Shown piece after piece: positions 12,197 to 23,535 of a stretch of DNA of 64,000 nucleotides. Position 1 is the first letter of the stretch, and each line of letters starts with the position of its first letter. Below the pieces are notes generated by a model. It was not told the DNA's origin. It saw only the letters and a program-made list of their open reading frames with translations, and searched no databases. The stretch is taken from positions 25,730,001-25,794,000 of the forward strand of contig NC_135667.1 in the NCBI RefSeq assembly GCF_964188315.1. Reading direction: 5' to 3'. Made by a program: the position numbers and the translations under genes. This DNA is from Podarcis muralis (lineage: Eukaryota).

Positions 12197-12994
12197 GCTG
12201 ATCTCGACTCCACGACCCCATGTACTTTTTCCTCAGTAAACTGTCCTTCTTTGACATTCTTGGATCCTTCTTGGATATTCAACAACTTCCATCCCACAAA
12301 CCATTGCAAATCTTCTGGTAGACAAACCCACCATGTCCTTTGCAATGTGTTACTTACAAATGAGCAGTGGTGTCTGGTTCAGTACGACTGAATGCTTCAT
12401 CTTGGCCATCATGGCTTATGACCAGTATATAGCCATTTCCAGTTCACTGCATTACATGCTAACCATGAACAAGAGGTGTTGTATTCAGTTAGCAGCTGGA
12501 ACATGGAACACTGATGTATTTTTAGGGATAGTCCCAATTTGTGCAATGCCAGCTCACTTTTGTAGAAACAACATGATTGATCATGTGGCAGGTGAAGTGA
12601 AAGCAGTTCTGAAGCTTACCTGCCCAGATACCTCTTTGAACCATCTGGTAAGGTTCTGAACTGGGGTTCTTGCATTTCTTGGCCCTTTTGCCTTTATCTT
12701 TTTCACATACTTGCGTATTATAATGGCCACCCTAAGAATTCATCCATCAGGTGGCAGGTTGAAGGCTTTCTCTACATGTGCTTCCCACCTGACAGTGGTA
12801 AGTATTTTCTATGGCACTGCTATATATTCATACCTCAAGCCCCAAAGTTAAGGCACTCGAGAGCTGGATAAAACTGTTTCTCCTTCTATGGGGTAGTGAC
12901 ACCCATGCTAAAGCCCTTCATCTACACTTTCAGAAATCAGGAAGTAAAAGGAGCATTAAGAAGACTTGTGTGAAGGGGAAAGGTGCCACAGTAA
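12197..12994 (+). pseudogene. OR13H1-like pseudogene, 5'-truncated, with frameshifts and stop
   Basis: Starts at the D(P)RLHDPMY motif. It has an internal TTCTTGGAT duplication, MAYDQY, an in-frame TGA at 12657-12659 and further frameshifts near TM7. Confidence 0.93.
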
Positions 12995-13100
12995 AAGTAT
13001 ATTTAAACAAGGAGCAATGTTTTATCTGGACCTCTTCTGTTAGTATTGCTAGTAAAAGATTCTTGCAAATCTAGTTGACATGTCAAAGGTAAACATTTTT

Positions 13101-13354
13101 AATAATAATAATAATTTATTATTTATACCCCGCCCATCTGGCTGGGCTTCCCCCGCCACTCTGGGCAGATTCCAAAAAAAATACTAAAACACTGCAATAC
13201 ATCAAACATTAAAAGCTTCCCTAAACAGGGCTGCCTTCAGATGTCTTCTAAACGTCTGGTAGTTGTTGTTCTCTTTGACATCTGGTGGGAGGGCGTTCCA
13301 CAGGGAGGGCGCCACTACCAAGAAGGCCCTCTGCCTGGTTCCCTATAACTTGGC
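13101..13354 (-). mobile_element. L2 LINE 3' fragment
   Basis: Minus strand encodes GTRQRAFLVVAPSLWNALPPDVKENNNYQTFRRHLKAALFREAFNV* (L2 ORF2 C-terminus) and an (ATT)n tail. TTTTA is duplicated, and the paralogous sites near 7445 and 18870 are empty. Confidence 0.85.
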
Positions 13355-13772
13355 TTTTAGGTAGAAGAATCTCCATCCATGTCATTCAATGACGAATCTA
13401 TTCAAATTCTAAGGAGATGTATGTAGATAAAGGGAATTTGGAAATCAACTCATAATGAAATGAAACAGTGAGGGGGTGAGTTTGGAACTGCTATGAAACA
13501 CAGGTACATTAAAAGTCACCTTATACAAGTTATGACCACTGGTCCATCTGGTTAGGTATTGTCTTCAATGACTGGTGGTAGCTCTCCAGGATTTCAGGCA
13601 GGGAAATTTGCAACCCTACCTGGAGGTGTTGGGAAATATTTTGTGTACAATGTACTCTACTGCTGTGTTATGGACCACCCCCACATAAAACACACCAGAT
13701 TCCTTTCTTTTTCTTTACAATATGAGCAGGTACAGATTCAATTCTGCATTGCAAGAGAGTGTTTTTGAGGCT

Positions 13773-13814
13773 GCTGAATCAATGAGGCTCCTGGGACTTT
13801 TTACCCAAGGGAAT
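13773..13814 (+). promoter_or_regulatory. Putative OR promoter motif for OR 15637
   Basis: GCTGAATCAATGAGGCTCCTGGGAC...ACCCAAGGGAAT. Confidence 0.6.
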
Positions 13815-15636
13815 ACAGAATAAGGATGTGTATTTAAAAATGTAAACTAACTAAGGCGGGAATGGCTTTTCTTTCCCTGAACATATATCTACTGCCTTAT
13901 GCACTGCCCTTCTCTCTACTGGGAACATTTTGAAACTTTCCAAGCATCAGAAGTTAATACTTTATTAATGCTATCCTTTATCCTGTGTACCCATAATGTT
14001 ATAAAACCTTTCCAGACACAGGATCCATACTTAGCTCAAATATTGATATTTCAACCTACTTCTTATTTTTTTATTTTTTACCTTTCATATATGAAAGACT
14101 GCCCTGGTGAGCTGTCTTTGGTCTGGTTGTGACCCATGAGTGAATCATGATCCACCAGGTGAAGACCAGTGGTTAAAAAATGTCAACTCTCAGTTTAATA
14201 ACAAATACTGATGGAGGATATCCAAAATGCTTTGAAGGCCAAAGGCATTTGAAGGTATTCACTGTCTATTTTAAATGTATATTTCTATATGTATTGAATG
14301 AGCAGCTGTCTCTTCTTAAATGAGAAAATGAACTTGAATGTTGTATTCAGCTTGTTAAATATACTGGGAAGATTAAACAAAATGAAAACAAAAATTTAAA
14401 TACGCAAAACCAGCCATTAATACATCTGCATTTATTGGTTTGGGCATCCATTGTAAGCACACACAACATGCAGTCCCACAAAACATATTTGTTTGATCAC
14501 CTCCATATAATCTTGGAGTACATCTGAATGAATTCAATATGTCTTTACTTATGATTAGACATCAGTAACATCAGAGTTCACAGGGACTTGTGAAGGTAAG
14601 TACATATAGGATTGAATCCAACACCAAGTCCCTGTGAACTCTGATCGTAGTGGGACTTAAACTGGAAGCAGCAGTATAATTATAATGTTATGGAGGTTTG
14701 CAGAAGAACAGTTTTCCATCATCCTTCTGCAGTTCTTTTGGAGGGTCAGGGAGATTCCCTGAACAATGTATTGCTTCAGTGGCAGGGGAAATCACAAAAG
14801 TGTAACTTGAATCCTGAGTTAAAAGAATTTAAGTAAGTTAGCATGGTAACTTTCTCCCATTAGTCCAATTGAATTAAGACAATATGGAGACTTCTGCATA
14901 AATTCAAAGTACAGGATTTAGTTATTAATTGGACTGTGTGATCCTTGCTGCATTCTCCAGAAGGATCAAAAGTTGCCCCTCATTTTAGTGCCTCTTCCCA
15001 ATGCATCCATCAGGAAATTCTTATATTCATTACTTAAGAATAGCACTCATTCAAGATCAGCTCCATAATTTCGCTGTATTTAGGCAACATTTTTATCTTT
15101 TCAAATGATATTGGGAAAATTTCCTTGTCTTGCCTGAAAAGCTGTGTGTGACCATAATTTCTGAATCATTAATGCAGCTATTCCAAAACACAAATTTCAG
15201 ATTGTCTGTGGCAGATGTATGCTATACTATTAACAAGTCAGACCCCAATGTGTGCCAAGATTATGCATGATCAGCCAGCCATATGATGATGAGATTAAAC
15301 CAGGAAAATACAGAAGAAGAAATGGCAGATCAATAGGGGATTTCCATAGTTTGCAATGCATTTATACAATTTTTTTCTTTTATAACTATTTCTCAGTTAA
15401 ACAGGATAAAATGTAGGAAAGTTACAAGAGTGCCTGCATGGCTGCAATTTAGTTTTGATGTAATTTTAAAAGGGAGTACAATGTGTAAGGTTTTAAAAGT
15501 AACTGCTTGTGATTTTTTTTAGCATTTTAGAGTGTGTTAATGACTGAAATACCAGAATACTATTGACTAGCAAGCTGGCTATGTCCTTTCTTTAGAAAAT
15601 CCCATTCTCAGTGTCATTGAATATTTGATTCAGGAT

Positions 15637-16557
15637 ATGGAAGATGAAAATGAGACTGCAGTGACTGAATTTGTCCTCATCGGCTATTCTGGTCGACCAA
15701 AGACAAGAATGGGATTAATAGCATTCCTGACAGCTGTCTACTCCATAACCATTGCGGGAAATGTTCTTATTATTTTGGGTACAATTGCTGATCCTCGACT
15801 CCACAACCCCATGTACTTTTTCCTTGGTAATCTGTCTTTCCTTGACATTGGATATTCGACAACTTCCATCCCACAGGCCATTGCAAATCTTCTGGTGGAC
15901 AAACCCACCATGTCCTTTGCGATGTGTTACTTGCAAATGAGCAGTGGTGTCTGGTTGGGAACGACTGAATGCTTCCTGTTGGCTGTTATGGCTTATGACA
16001 GGCTTATAGCCATTTCCAGCCCACTACATTACATGCTGATTATGAACAAGAGATTGTGCATTCAGTTAGCAGCTGGGACGTGGTCAAGTGCCTTTTTTTT
16101 AGGGGTTATTCCCATTTATGCCCTGCCAGCTCGCTTTTGTGGGAGAAATGTCATCAATCATTTCACATGTGAACTCATAGCTGTTATGAAGCTTGTTTGC
16201 TCAGATACCTCCATGAGCCAACTGCTTATGTTCTTCTCTGGATCCCTCTCATTGCTTGTTCCTTTTGCCTTTATCCTTTTCTCATATTTACGCATTATTG
16301 TGGCAGTTCTGAGAATCCATTCATCAGGTGGGAGACTAAAGGCTTTTTCCACATGTGCCTCCCATTTGACTGTGGTAACCATTTTCTATGGCACTGCTAT
16401 ATTCTCATATATCCGACCTCAAACTAAAACCACACATGAACTGGATAAGGCGATTTCTCTCTTCTATGGAACTGTGACTCCCATGTTAAACCCACTCATC
16501 TACACACTCAGAAATCAAGAAGTAAAAGGAGCCTTAAGAAGGCTTATGGTAGGGTAA
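15637..16557 (+). CDS. Olfactory receptor, OR13H1-like (306 aa)
   Basis: Intact OR motifs; ATG at 15637; close paralogue of 9798 and 20067. Confidence 0.96.
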   Translation: MEDENETAVTEFVLIGYSGRPKTRMGLIAFLTAVYSITIAGNVLIILGTIADPRLHNPMYFFLGNLSFLDIGYSTTSIPQAIANLLVDKPTMSFAMCYLQMSSGVWLGTTECFLLAVMAYDRLIAISSPLHYMLIMNKRLCIQLAAGTWSSAFFLGVIPIYALPARFCGRNVINHFTCELIAVMKLVCSDTSMSQLLMFFSGSLSLLVPFAFILFSYLRIIVAVLRIHSSGGRLKAFSTCASHLTVVTIFYGTAIFSYIRPQTKTTHELDKAISLFYGTVTPMLNPLIYTLRNQEVKGALRRLMVG

Positions 16558-18051
16558 AGGAATTATTTAAAAGAATCAAACAAATGGATTCAACAATGAA
16601 AAAACCAAGGAAGTTGTGGAAAGATATAGTCCTTCCTATTGAGAAATGGTTGATAACGTTATTGGACTTAGCTCAGATAACAAACTTAACCTGTTTAATC
16701 AGGAAAAATCATTATAGACTTTTATAATGGATTGGAAACTTCTTATGAACATTTTGCATGAAAGAGAAGATGAACTTTTAGTAACTGGATTTGAAGATTG
16801 GAAAAAAATACTGTTTTATAGAAAATAAATTAGTTTGATGTCTATTTGAGTGAATACTTTGAACAACTAATTATATTTGGCTTACAGAGAATCAAAAGTC
16901 TTTTCAACTTTTACTTATAATCCCCCCTTTTACTCCCCCTTATATTTTTCCTTTCTTTTTCTTTCTTCCATCGCCCTATCCTTCTTCCTTCTCTTTGCTC
17001 CTGATTCTGATTAGACTAATTCCCCCACCCCCCTTTATTCTGGTTTATTTTAAAAAGATACTTTGTGCTGGGTATAAACTTTTTCATATCTTTTGATGAG
17101 TATCAGCAAAAATAATATGTAAAAACAAAAACGAATACACAAGCAGGTTCCTATACTCATACACAGTCAGTTTAAAAAAGTAAGGATGTAACAACTTAAA
17201 GTGAGCAACAGTGTAAATTGGTAAATGACAACAAAGAAGGCCTTGCCTATTAATCCCAGTAAATTCATTTATCTTGATCTTGGGCCTATGAGTACATTTA
17301 TCCGAGTACATTTATCTGTTGGCATATTAGCCTTCCTCAACCTGTAGATGGCTTTCAAAGTTCAATAGCAGCACTTTCAATTGTGCCTAGATACGCCCAG
17401 TAAACCAAGCGCCATATTTAACATTGTCACTATTATCTATGGCACAGTAGCCCTTTGGAGGTTTTATGCAACTCGGTTGTGGGAAATAACAGGGTCATGC
17501 CTTCAGACCCTGAGCCGCTGTCCCTGCCCTCTAGTGTCCAACTCTTGGACTATGACTAGGGAAAGGAACTCAGCCCAAGGGTCCATATAACTCAGCATCC
17601 TGCTGTCACCGTGGCCAGCCATATACTCATGGGAAATCCCCAAGCAGAACATGGGCACAAGTGTACTCTCTCCTCCTGCATTTTCCACAAACTGATATTC
17701 AGCAGCCTTCAACTATGAAGAGTCTACATGTGTACAGAGGTGTGGAGCCACAGATCCAGGGGCCATTTGCAGTTCTCAGGCTTGCTGTCTGGTGTTTGGC
17801 ATTCTCACCATGCCACATTTCTCCTCAAGTGCATGAATGTATTCTTGAACTGCTAGCTTTGCTGGAAGAAAGAGCTATGCACGTATAAGCCTTTGATTTT
17901 TTCATGGCAGAAACGCAGCCTATAGGAGAAAGGCTGTATTTCGTATGTTGTCCCCACACTTTTTGCCTCTGAGCCCAACTGCTTTTACCTTTGCTCTCAC
18001 CACCAGTAGTATGTGATCCACCCCCCAGAAAGCTGTTCAAGTAAGAATGTG

Positions 18052-18735
18052 AATCTTCTGGTGGACAAACCCACCATTTGCAGTGTGTTACTTGCATATG
18101 AACGGTGGTGTCTGGTTAGGTATGACTGAATGCTTCCTCTTGGCCATCGTGGTTTATGACCAGTATATAGCCATTTCCAGTCCACTGCACTACATGCAAA
18201 TCATGAGCAAGAGATGTTGTATTCAGTTAGCTGCTGGAACATGGAGCAGTGGTGTATTTTTAGGGATAGTCCCAATGTATGCAATGCCAACTCACTTTTG
18301 CAGAAACAACATAATTAACCATGTGACATGTGAAGTGAAAGCAGTTCTGAAGCTTACCAGACCAGAAAGCTCTTTGAACTAACTGCTAATGTTCTTAACT
18401 GGGATTCTCACATTTCTTGGCCCCTTTGCCTTTATCCTTTTCTCATACTTTTGCATTATAATGGCCATGCTAATAATTCATTCATCAGGTGGCAGGTAGA
18501 AGGCTTTCTCAAGCTGGCTTTTCCCACCTGACTGTGGTAAGCATTTTTTTTCGGCACTGCTATATTTCCATTCCTCAAACCTCAAAGTAAAGACACATGA
18601 GAGCTTGATAAAACCATTTCTTTTTTCTGTGGGGTACTGACACCCATGTTAAACCCCCTCATCTACACACTCAGAAATCAGGAAGTAAAAGGAGCATTAA
18701 GAAGACGTGTGGGAAGGGGAAAGGCACCACATTTA
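18052..18735 (+). pseudogene. OR13H1-like pseudogene truncated at a duplication junction
   Basis: Begins abruptly at (A)NLLVDKP. It has VVYDQY, a TAG in the GR*KAFS region and frameshifts, and ends with [20 protein letters not shown]. Confidence 0.93.
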
Positions 18736-19087
18736 AAGTGGATGAATGATTCTACAACTATTGAAAAATCTATTTTAGGAAGGGAGCAAGGTTTTATCTG
18801 CACCTGTTGTGTTAATATTGCTAATAAAAGATTCTTGCAAATCTAGTTGACATGTCAAAGGTAAACATTTTTAGGAATAAGTATGTCCATGTCAGCTTTC
18901 CAGGATTTCAGGCAGGGAAATTCGCTAACCCTACCCGGAGTTGTTGGGCAACTTTTCATTTAAAATGTACTCAACTGCTGTGTTATGGACCACCCCCACA
19001 TAAAACGCACCAGATTCCTTTCTTTTTCTTTACAATATGAGCAGGTACAGATTCAATTCTGCATTGCAAGAGAGTGTTTTTGAGGCT

Positions 19088-19129
19088 GCTGAATCAATGA
19101 GGCTCCTGGGACTTTGTACCCAAGGGAAT
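19088..19129 (+). promoter_or_regulatory. Putative OR promoter motif for OR 20067
   Basis: Same GCTGAATCA...CTCCTGGGA...ACCCAAGGGAAT block. Confidence 0.6.
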
Positions 19130-20066
19130 GCAGAATAAGGATGTGTATTTAAAAATGTAAACTAACTAAGGAAAAAACCTGAGAGAAGGGCTCTTTCCCC
19201 CCAGATATGAACAAAACATATACCCACTACCTTCTGCACTGTCCTTCTCTCTACTTAGAACATTTTGAATCTCTCCAAGGATCAGAAATTGATACTTTAT
19301 TAAGGCGATCCTTTATCCCATAATGTTATAAAACCTTTTCAGACTCAGGATCCACTTTATCTCAAATATTAATTTTTCAACCAGCTTCTTATTTTTTTTT
19401 ACCTTCCATATCTGAAAGACTGCTCTGGAAGACCATCTTGTGTTTGGCTGTGACCCACAAGTGGATCATGATCCACCAGGTGAAGACCAGTGTTTAAAAA
19501 ATGTCAATTCTAATTTTAGTAACAAATGCTGATGAAGGACATCAAAAATGTTTTGAAGGTCAAAGGCATTTGAAGGTATTCACTGTCTATTTTAAAAGTA
19601 TATTTCTATATGTATTGAATGAGCAGCCATCTCTTTTTAAATGAGAAAATTAACTTGAATAATGTATTCGTCTTGTTAAAATTTTTGGGAAGCATAAACA
19701 AAAGAAAAGAAAAATTCAAAAACAACTAATTCACTCAGATTTATTGGATTGGGGATCCATTGTAAGCACACACAAAATGCAGTGACACAAATCGTATTTG
19801 TTTGATAACCTCCAAATAAACTTAGAGTATATCTGATTGAATTCAATATGTCTTTACTTAAGATTAGACATGTTGTTAGATGCAATCCTATATGAACTTA
19901 CCTTCACAAGTCCTAGTGATCTCTGATGTTAGTGGGATTGTGATTTTTTTATCATGTTAGAGTGTGTTAATGACTGAAATACCTGAATACTATTGATTAG
20001 CAAGCTGGTTATGTCCTTTCTTTAGAAAATCCCATTCTCAGTGTCATTGAATACTTGATTCAGGCT

Positions 20067-20987
20067 ATGGAAGAGGAAAATGAGACTGCAGTGACTGAAT
20101 TTGTCCTCATCGGCTATTCTGGTCGACCAAAGACAAGGATGGGATTAATAGCATTCCTGACAGCTGTCTACTCCATAACCATTGCGGGAAATGTTCTTAT
20201 TATTTTGGGCACCATTGCTGATCCTCGACTCCACAACCCCATGTACTTTTTCCTTGGTAATCTGTCCTTCCTTGACATTGGATATTCAACATCTTCCATC
20301 CCACAGGCCATTGCAAATCTTCTGGTGGACAAACCCACCATGTCCTTTACGATGTGTTATTTGCAAATGAACAGTGGTGTCTGGTTAGGAACGACTGAAT
20401 GCTTCCTGTTGGCTGTCATGGCTTATGACAGGCTTATAGCCATTTCCAGCCCACTACATTACATGTTAATCATGAACAAGAGATTGTGCATTCAGTTAGC
20501 AGCTGGGACGTGGTCAAGTGCCTTTTTTTTAGGAGTTATTCCCAATTATGCCCTGCCAGCTCACTTTTGTGGGAGAAATGTGATCAATCATTTCACATGT
20601 GAACTTATAGCTGTTATGAAGCTTGCTTGCTCAGATACCTCCATGAGGCAACTGCTTATGTTCTTCATTGGATCCCTCACGTTGCTTGCTCCCTTTGCCT
20701 TTATCCTTTTCTCATATTTATGCATTATTGTGGCAGTTCTGAGAATCCATTCATCAGGTGGGAGACTAAAGGCTTTTTCCACATGTGCCTCCCATTTGAC
20801 TGTGGTAACCATTTTCTTTGGAACTGCTATATTTTCATATATCCGGCCCCAAACTAAAACCACAAATGAACTGGATAAGGCAATTTCTCTCTTCTATGGA
20901 ACTGTGACTCCTATGTTAAACCCACTCATCTACACACTCAGGAATCAAGAAGTAAAAGGAGCTTTAAAAAAGCTTATGGTGAGGTAA
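20067..20987 (+). CDS. Olfactory receptor, OR13H1-like (306 aa)
   Basis: Intact OR motifs; ATG at 20067. Confidence 0.96.
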   Translation: MEEENETAVTEFVLIGYSGRPKTRMGLIAFLTAVYSITIAGNVLIILGTIADPRLHNPMYFFLGNLSFLDIGYSTSSIPQAIANLLVDKPTMSFTMCYLQMNSGVWLGTTECFLLAVMAYDRLIAISSPLHYMLIMNKRLCIQLAAGTWSSAFFLGVIPNYALPAHFCGRNVINHFTCELIAVMKLACSDTSMRQLLMFFIGSLTLLAPFAFILFSYLCIIVAVLRIHSSGGRLKAFSTCASHLTVVTIFFGTAIFSYIRPQTKTTNELDKAISLFYGTVTPMLNPLIYTLRNQEVKGALKKLMVR

Positions 20988-21321
20988 ATGAATTATTTAA
21001 AAGAAACAAACAAATGGAATCAACAAGGGAAAAACAAGCAAGTTACGGAAAGATATATTCCCTCTTGTTGAGGAATGGTTTCTTTTTAGATTAGGTATTG
21101 TTGTTTTTGTTCTGGTTTATTTTTTTAAAAAAAATACTTTGTGCTGGGTATAAACTTTTGTATATCTTTTTAATGAGTTTCAGTAAAATTTAAATGTAAA
21201 ACAAAAACAAACCCACAAGCAAGTTCATATACTCATACACAGTCAGTTTAAAAAGTAAGGCTGTATCAAGTTAAAATGAGCAACAATGTGAATTGGTCTC
21301 CCAGGTTCAACACTCTTTAAC

Positions 21322-21324
<3 letters not shown>

Positions 21325-21376
<52 letters not shown>

Positions 21377-21577
21377 TTTTATTTATATCCTGCCCTCCCC
21401 AGCCGAAGCTGGGCTCAGGGCGGCTAACAGCAATCAAAATAATCCAACATTCTAAAAACATTCATTATAAAATTAATTAAAATCAAATTAATGGCAACCA
21501 TTAAGCAACATTCTGTGCAGATTGCCAGAGGAGGGGGTCAGGCTGTGCCCTGATCAAAGGCCTGGTGGAACAGCTCA
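21325..21577 (-). mobile_element. L2-type 3' end with (ATT)n tail (the (AAT)n microsatellite at 21325-21374)
   Basis: A long AAT run is followed by TTTATATCCTGCCC...GGGCGGC, the same tail type as 13101-13354. Confidence 0.6.
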
Positions 21578-22019
21578 GATCCAGGGGGTGTATGCAGTAT
21601 GCATGCTTGCTCTGTCTGGTGTTTGGGATTCTCACCATGCCACACTCCTTTGCCTTTGAGAATGACCTTTCTCCTCAAGTGCATGAATGTATTCTTGAAC
21701 TGCTTGCTTTGATGGAAGAAAGAGCTATGCATGTATAAGCCTTTGATTATTATTTTTCATGGCAGGAATGCAGTTTTTAGGAGAAAAGCAAGTATTTTGT
21801 ATGTTGCTCCCCGCACTGTTTGCCTCTGAGCCCAACTGCTTTTACCTTTGCTCTCACCACCAGTAATATGTTACACCCCCCCCCCCCCAGAAAGCTGTTC
21901 TAGTAAGAATGTGGAACTCAGACTTAAAAAGCTTCCCCACCTCATCTCCTTTACACACATTCCTCTAAATCGTGGACAGTGAGGGTGTGGGGTTTGTGAG
22001 GCCATAAGGGGTAATGTGG

Positions 22020-22520
22020 ATTTCTCTTCATGCTTGGCCACTTAGAACTGGGGCAACTGGTCTTTGTAGGTTTAATGTCTCCTTGATGAATGATTTGATC
22101 ATTCTTTTTCAGCTATAATTTGTCCATCCTTCCTCCTGGTTAGCTTCTTAGTCAAACACTTAAATACAAGGTGTGAAAGGTTCCCTTGTCCTTGTTTCTA
22201 GCCCATCAGGCACCTCTTGTTCAATTTTGGCAATTGTCCAGTCCAAGAAGTCTGTCAGGCTTAATTGTTTAGATTTTGTTTTTGATCTGGTTAAGCGACT
22301 TGGCTCGGAGGGCTCTCACTGCCGCTGCCACTTTTTTTATTAGCCATCGATCCAAAGCAATCCTCCTTCATCAAACTTAATTAAATTCTGGCATCACACT
22401 AGTAGGGAGTCCAGCAGTTACTTGTCTTTCAGCAGATTAAGGCAGAGGAACACAGCTGAATCGCTCTTCCAATAGGCACACATGTTAGGCTAACAGCCTC
22501 CTGAATAGCAAGGCTTGGCT
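22020..22520 (-). mobile_element. Possible decayed LINE ORF1 5' region
   Basis: Minus-strand fragments MANKKSGSGSESPP and LTRSKTKSKQLSLTDFLDW are basic N-terminal segments typical of LINE ORF1; heavily disrupted. Confidence 0.3.
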
Positions 22521-22814
22521 TGTTTCAGGGCTCTCCCCAAGGATGGTCAGGTTTGGGGATGAAAGGTGGGGGTGGTGATTTTGGAGTTGCTGAAATTCTG
22601 TTCAATATTGAAAACATCTGAACTGTGTGAGATAACTATATTTGGGGGTGTGCTGTGGGAAAGGTCAAATATAATTTGTATATAAAGATTAAGCCTTCCA
22701 ATCATATGCTAGCAGCAGCAATTACAACATATCCCTGTGTCTATGATGGCACAATACATGCTTGGAGGCTTGCTATCCTCTGTCAAATCAGATCCACTTC
22801 ACTGAGTGTACACG

Positions 22815-23535
22815 TTGTGATCGGATCTCTGAGCACGCCCCACTATCTGGTGCGGGCAGAGTAAGCCTCTTCCGCTCTGGTTGGTCATTTTGCAGTCACT
22901 TGGACCCTAAAGCCAAGCTTGGCTTGGGGGGTGGCCGTGAAACAATATAAGCCCTGTGCAATGTTTGCTGGACCTCTTTTACCTTGCACAGTGGAACACC
23001 CACCCACCCACCCTTTCCTTTGTGCATCTGGCCTTGCTATGGACTTTGTTGGTCGCCTGTTTTGCAACGGGGGCCTGGTAGGAATTTTTCAGATGCAGGG
23101 CCATTTCATTTCCACCTACCACATAGTAATTGCCACAACTTTGTAAGGTTTAGCAGTTAGGCATTGGATCAGCAATGTGTGGGGGAGGGGAGGTGTGCCC
23201 ATCACATACCCCCCCCCCAAGGTCAAGGGTATTCCGTTAAAGGAATCCAGGAGTTGGTCTGGATCTCATCCGAAACTCCGTGGTAGGGGCTAGGTCCATG
23301 CCAGGACCCCATGGGGACACTGGGGGTGAGCTCAAGTCGGTTGCCACTGGTGGGGCTCCCTCTGGTGATGTTTCACCCTTAACAGACTCCCTGCGATGCG
23401 AGTGGGAGTCTGATATAGTCTTGGGATTCCAATGCCTAAGCCAATACCACTCAAATTCTGTATTTAATAAAGTTAATTGCCCCAAAACTTAAACTAAAAT
23501 CCTGTGTCACTGTGTCTCATTTTGGGGGGCTACTC
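22815..23535 (+). mobile_element. LTR-like terminal repeat, diverged relative of 5986-6780 (ends approximate)
   Basis: Shared ordered blocks: GGCCTRGTAGGAATTT, CACAACTT(T)GTAAGGTT, TTAGGCATTGG, ATTCCnTTAAAGGAATCC, TGTATTT(T)AATAAAGTT. Confidence 0.5.

Larger units (their letters stand above)
7250..21913 (+). repeat. Triplicated [OR pseudogene + intact OR] cassette
   Basis: Intergenic blocks 7350-9790, 13000-15630 and 18790-20060 are colinear homologues. Confidence 0.88.

Noticed and set aside
17285-17320. Short tandem duplication GAGTACATTTATC x2
   Set aside because: Isolated slippage event in decayed repeat-like DNA, with no array or spacer structure (not CRISPR-like).
20805-20830. FYG to FFG change in TM6 of OR 20067
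   Set aside because: This position is known to vary between Y and F in functional ORs, so it is not evidence of dysfunction.
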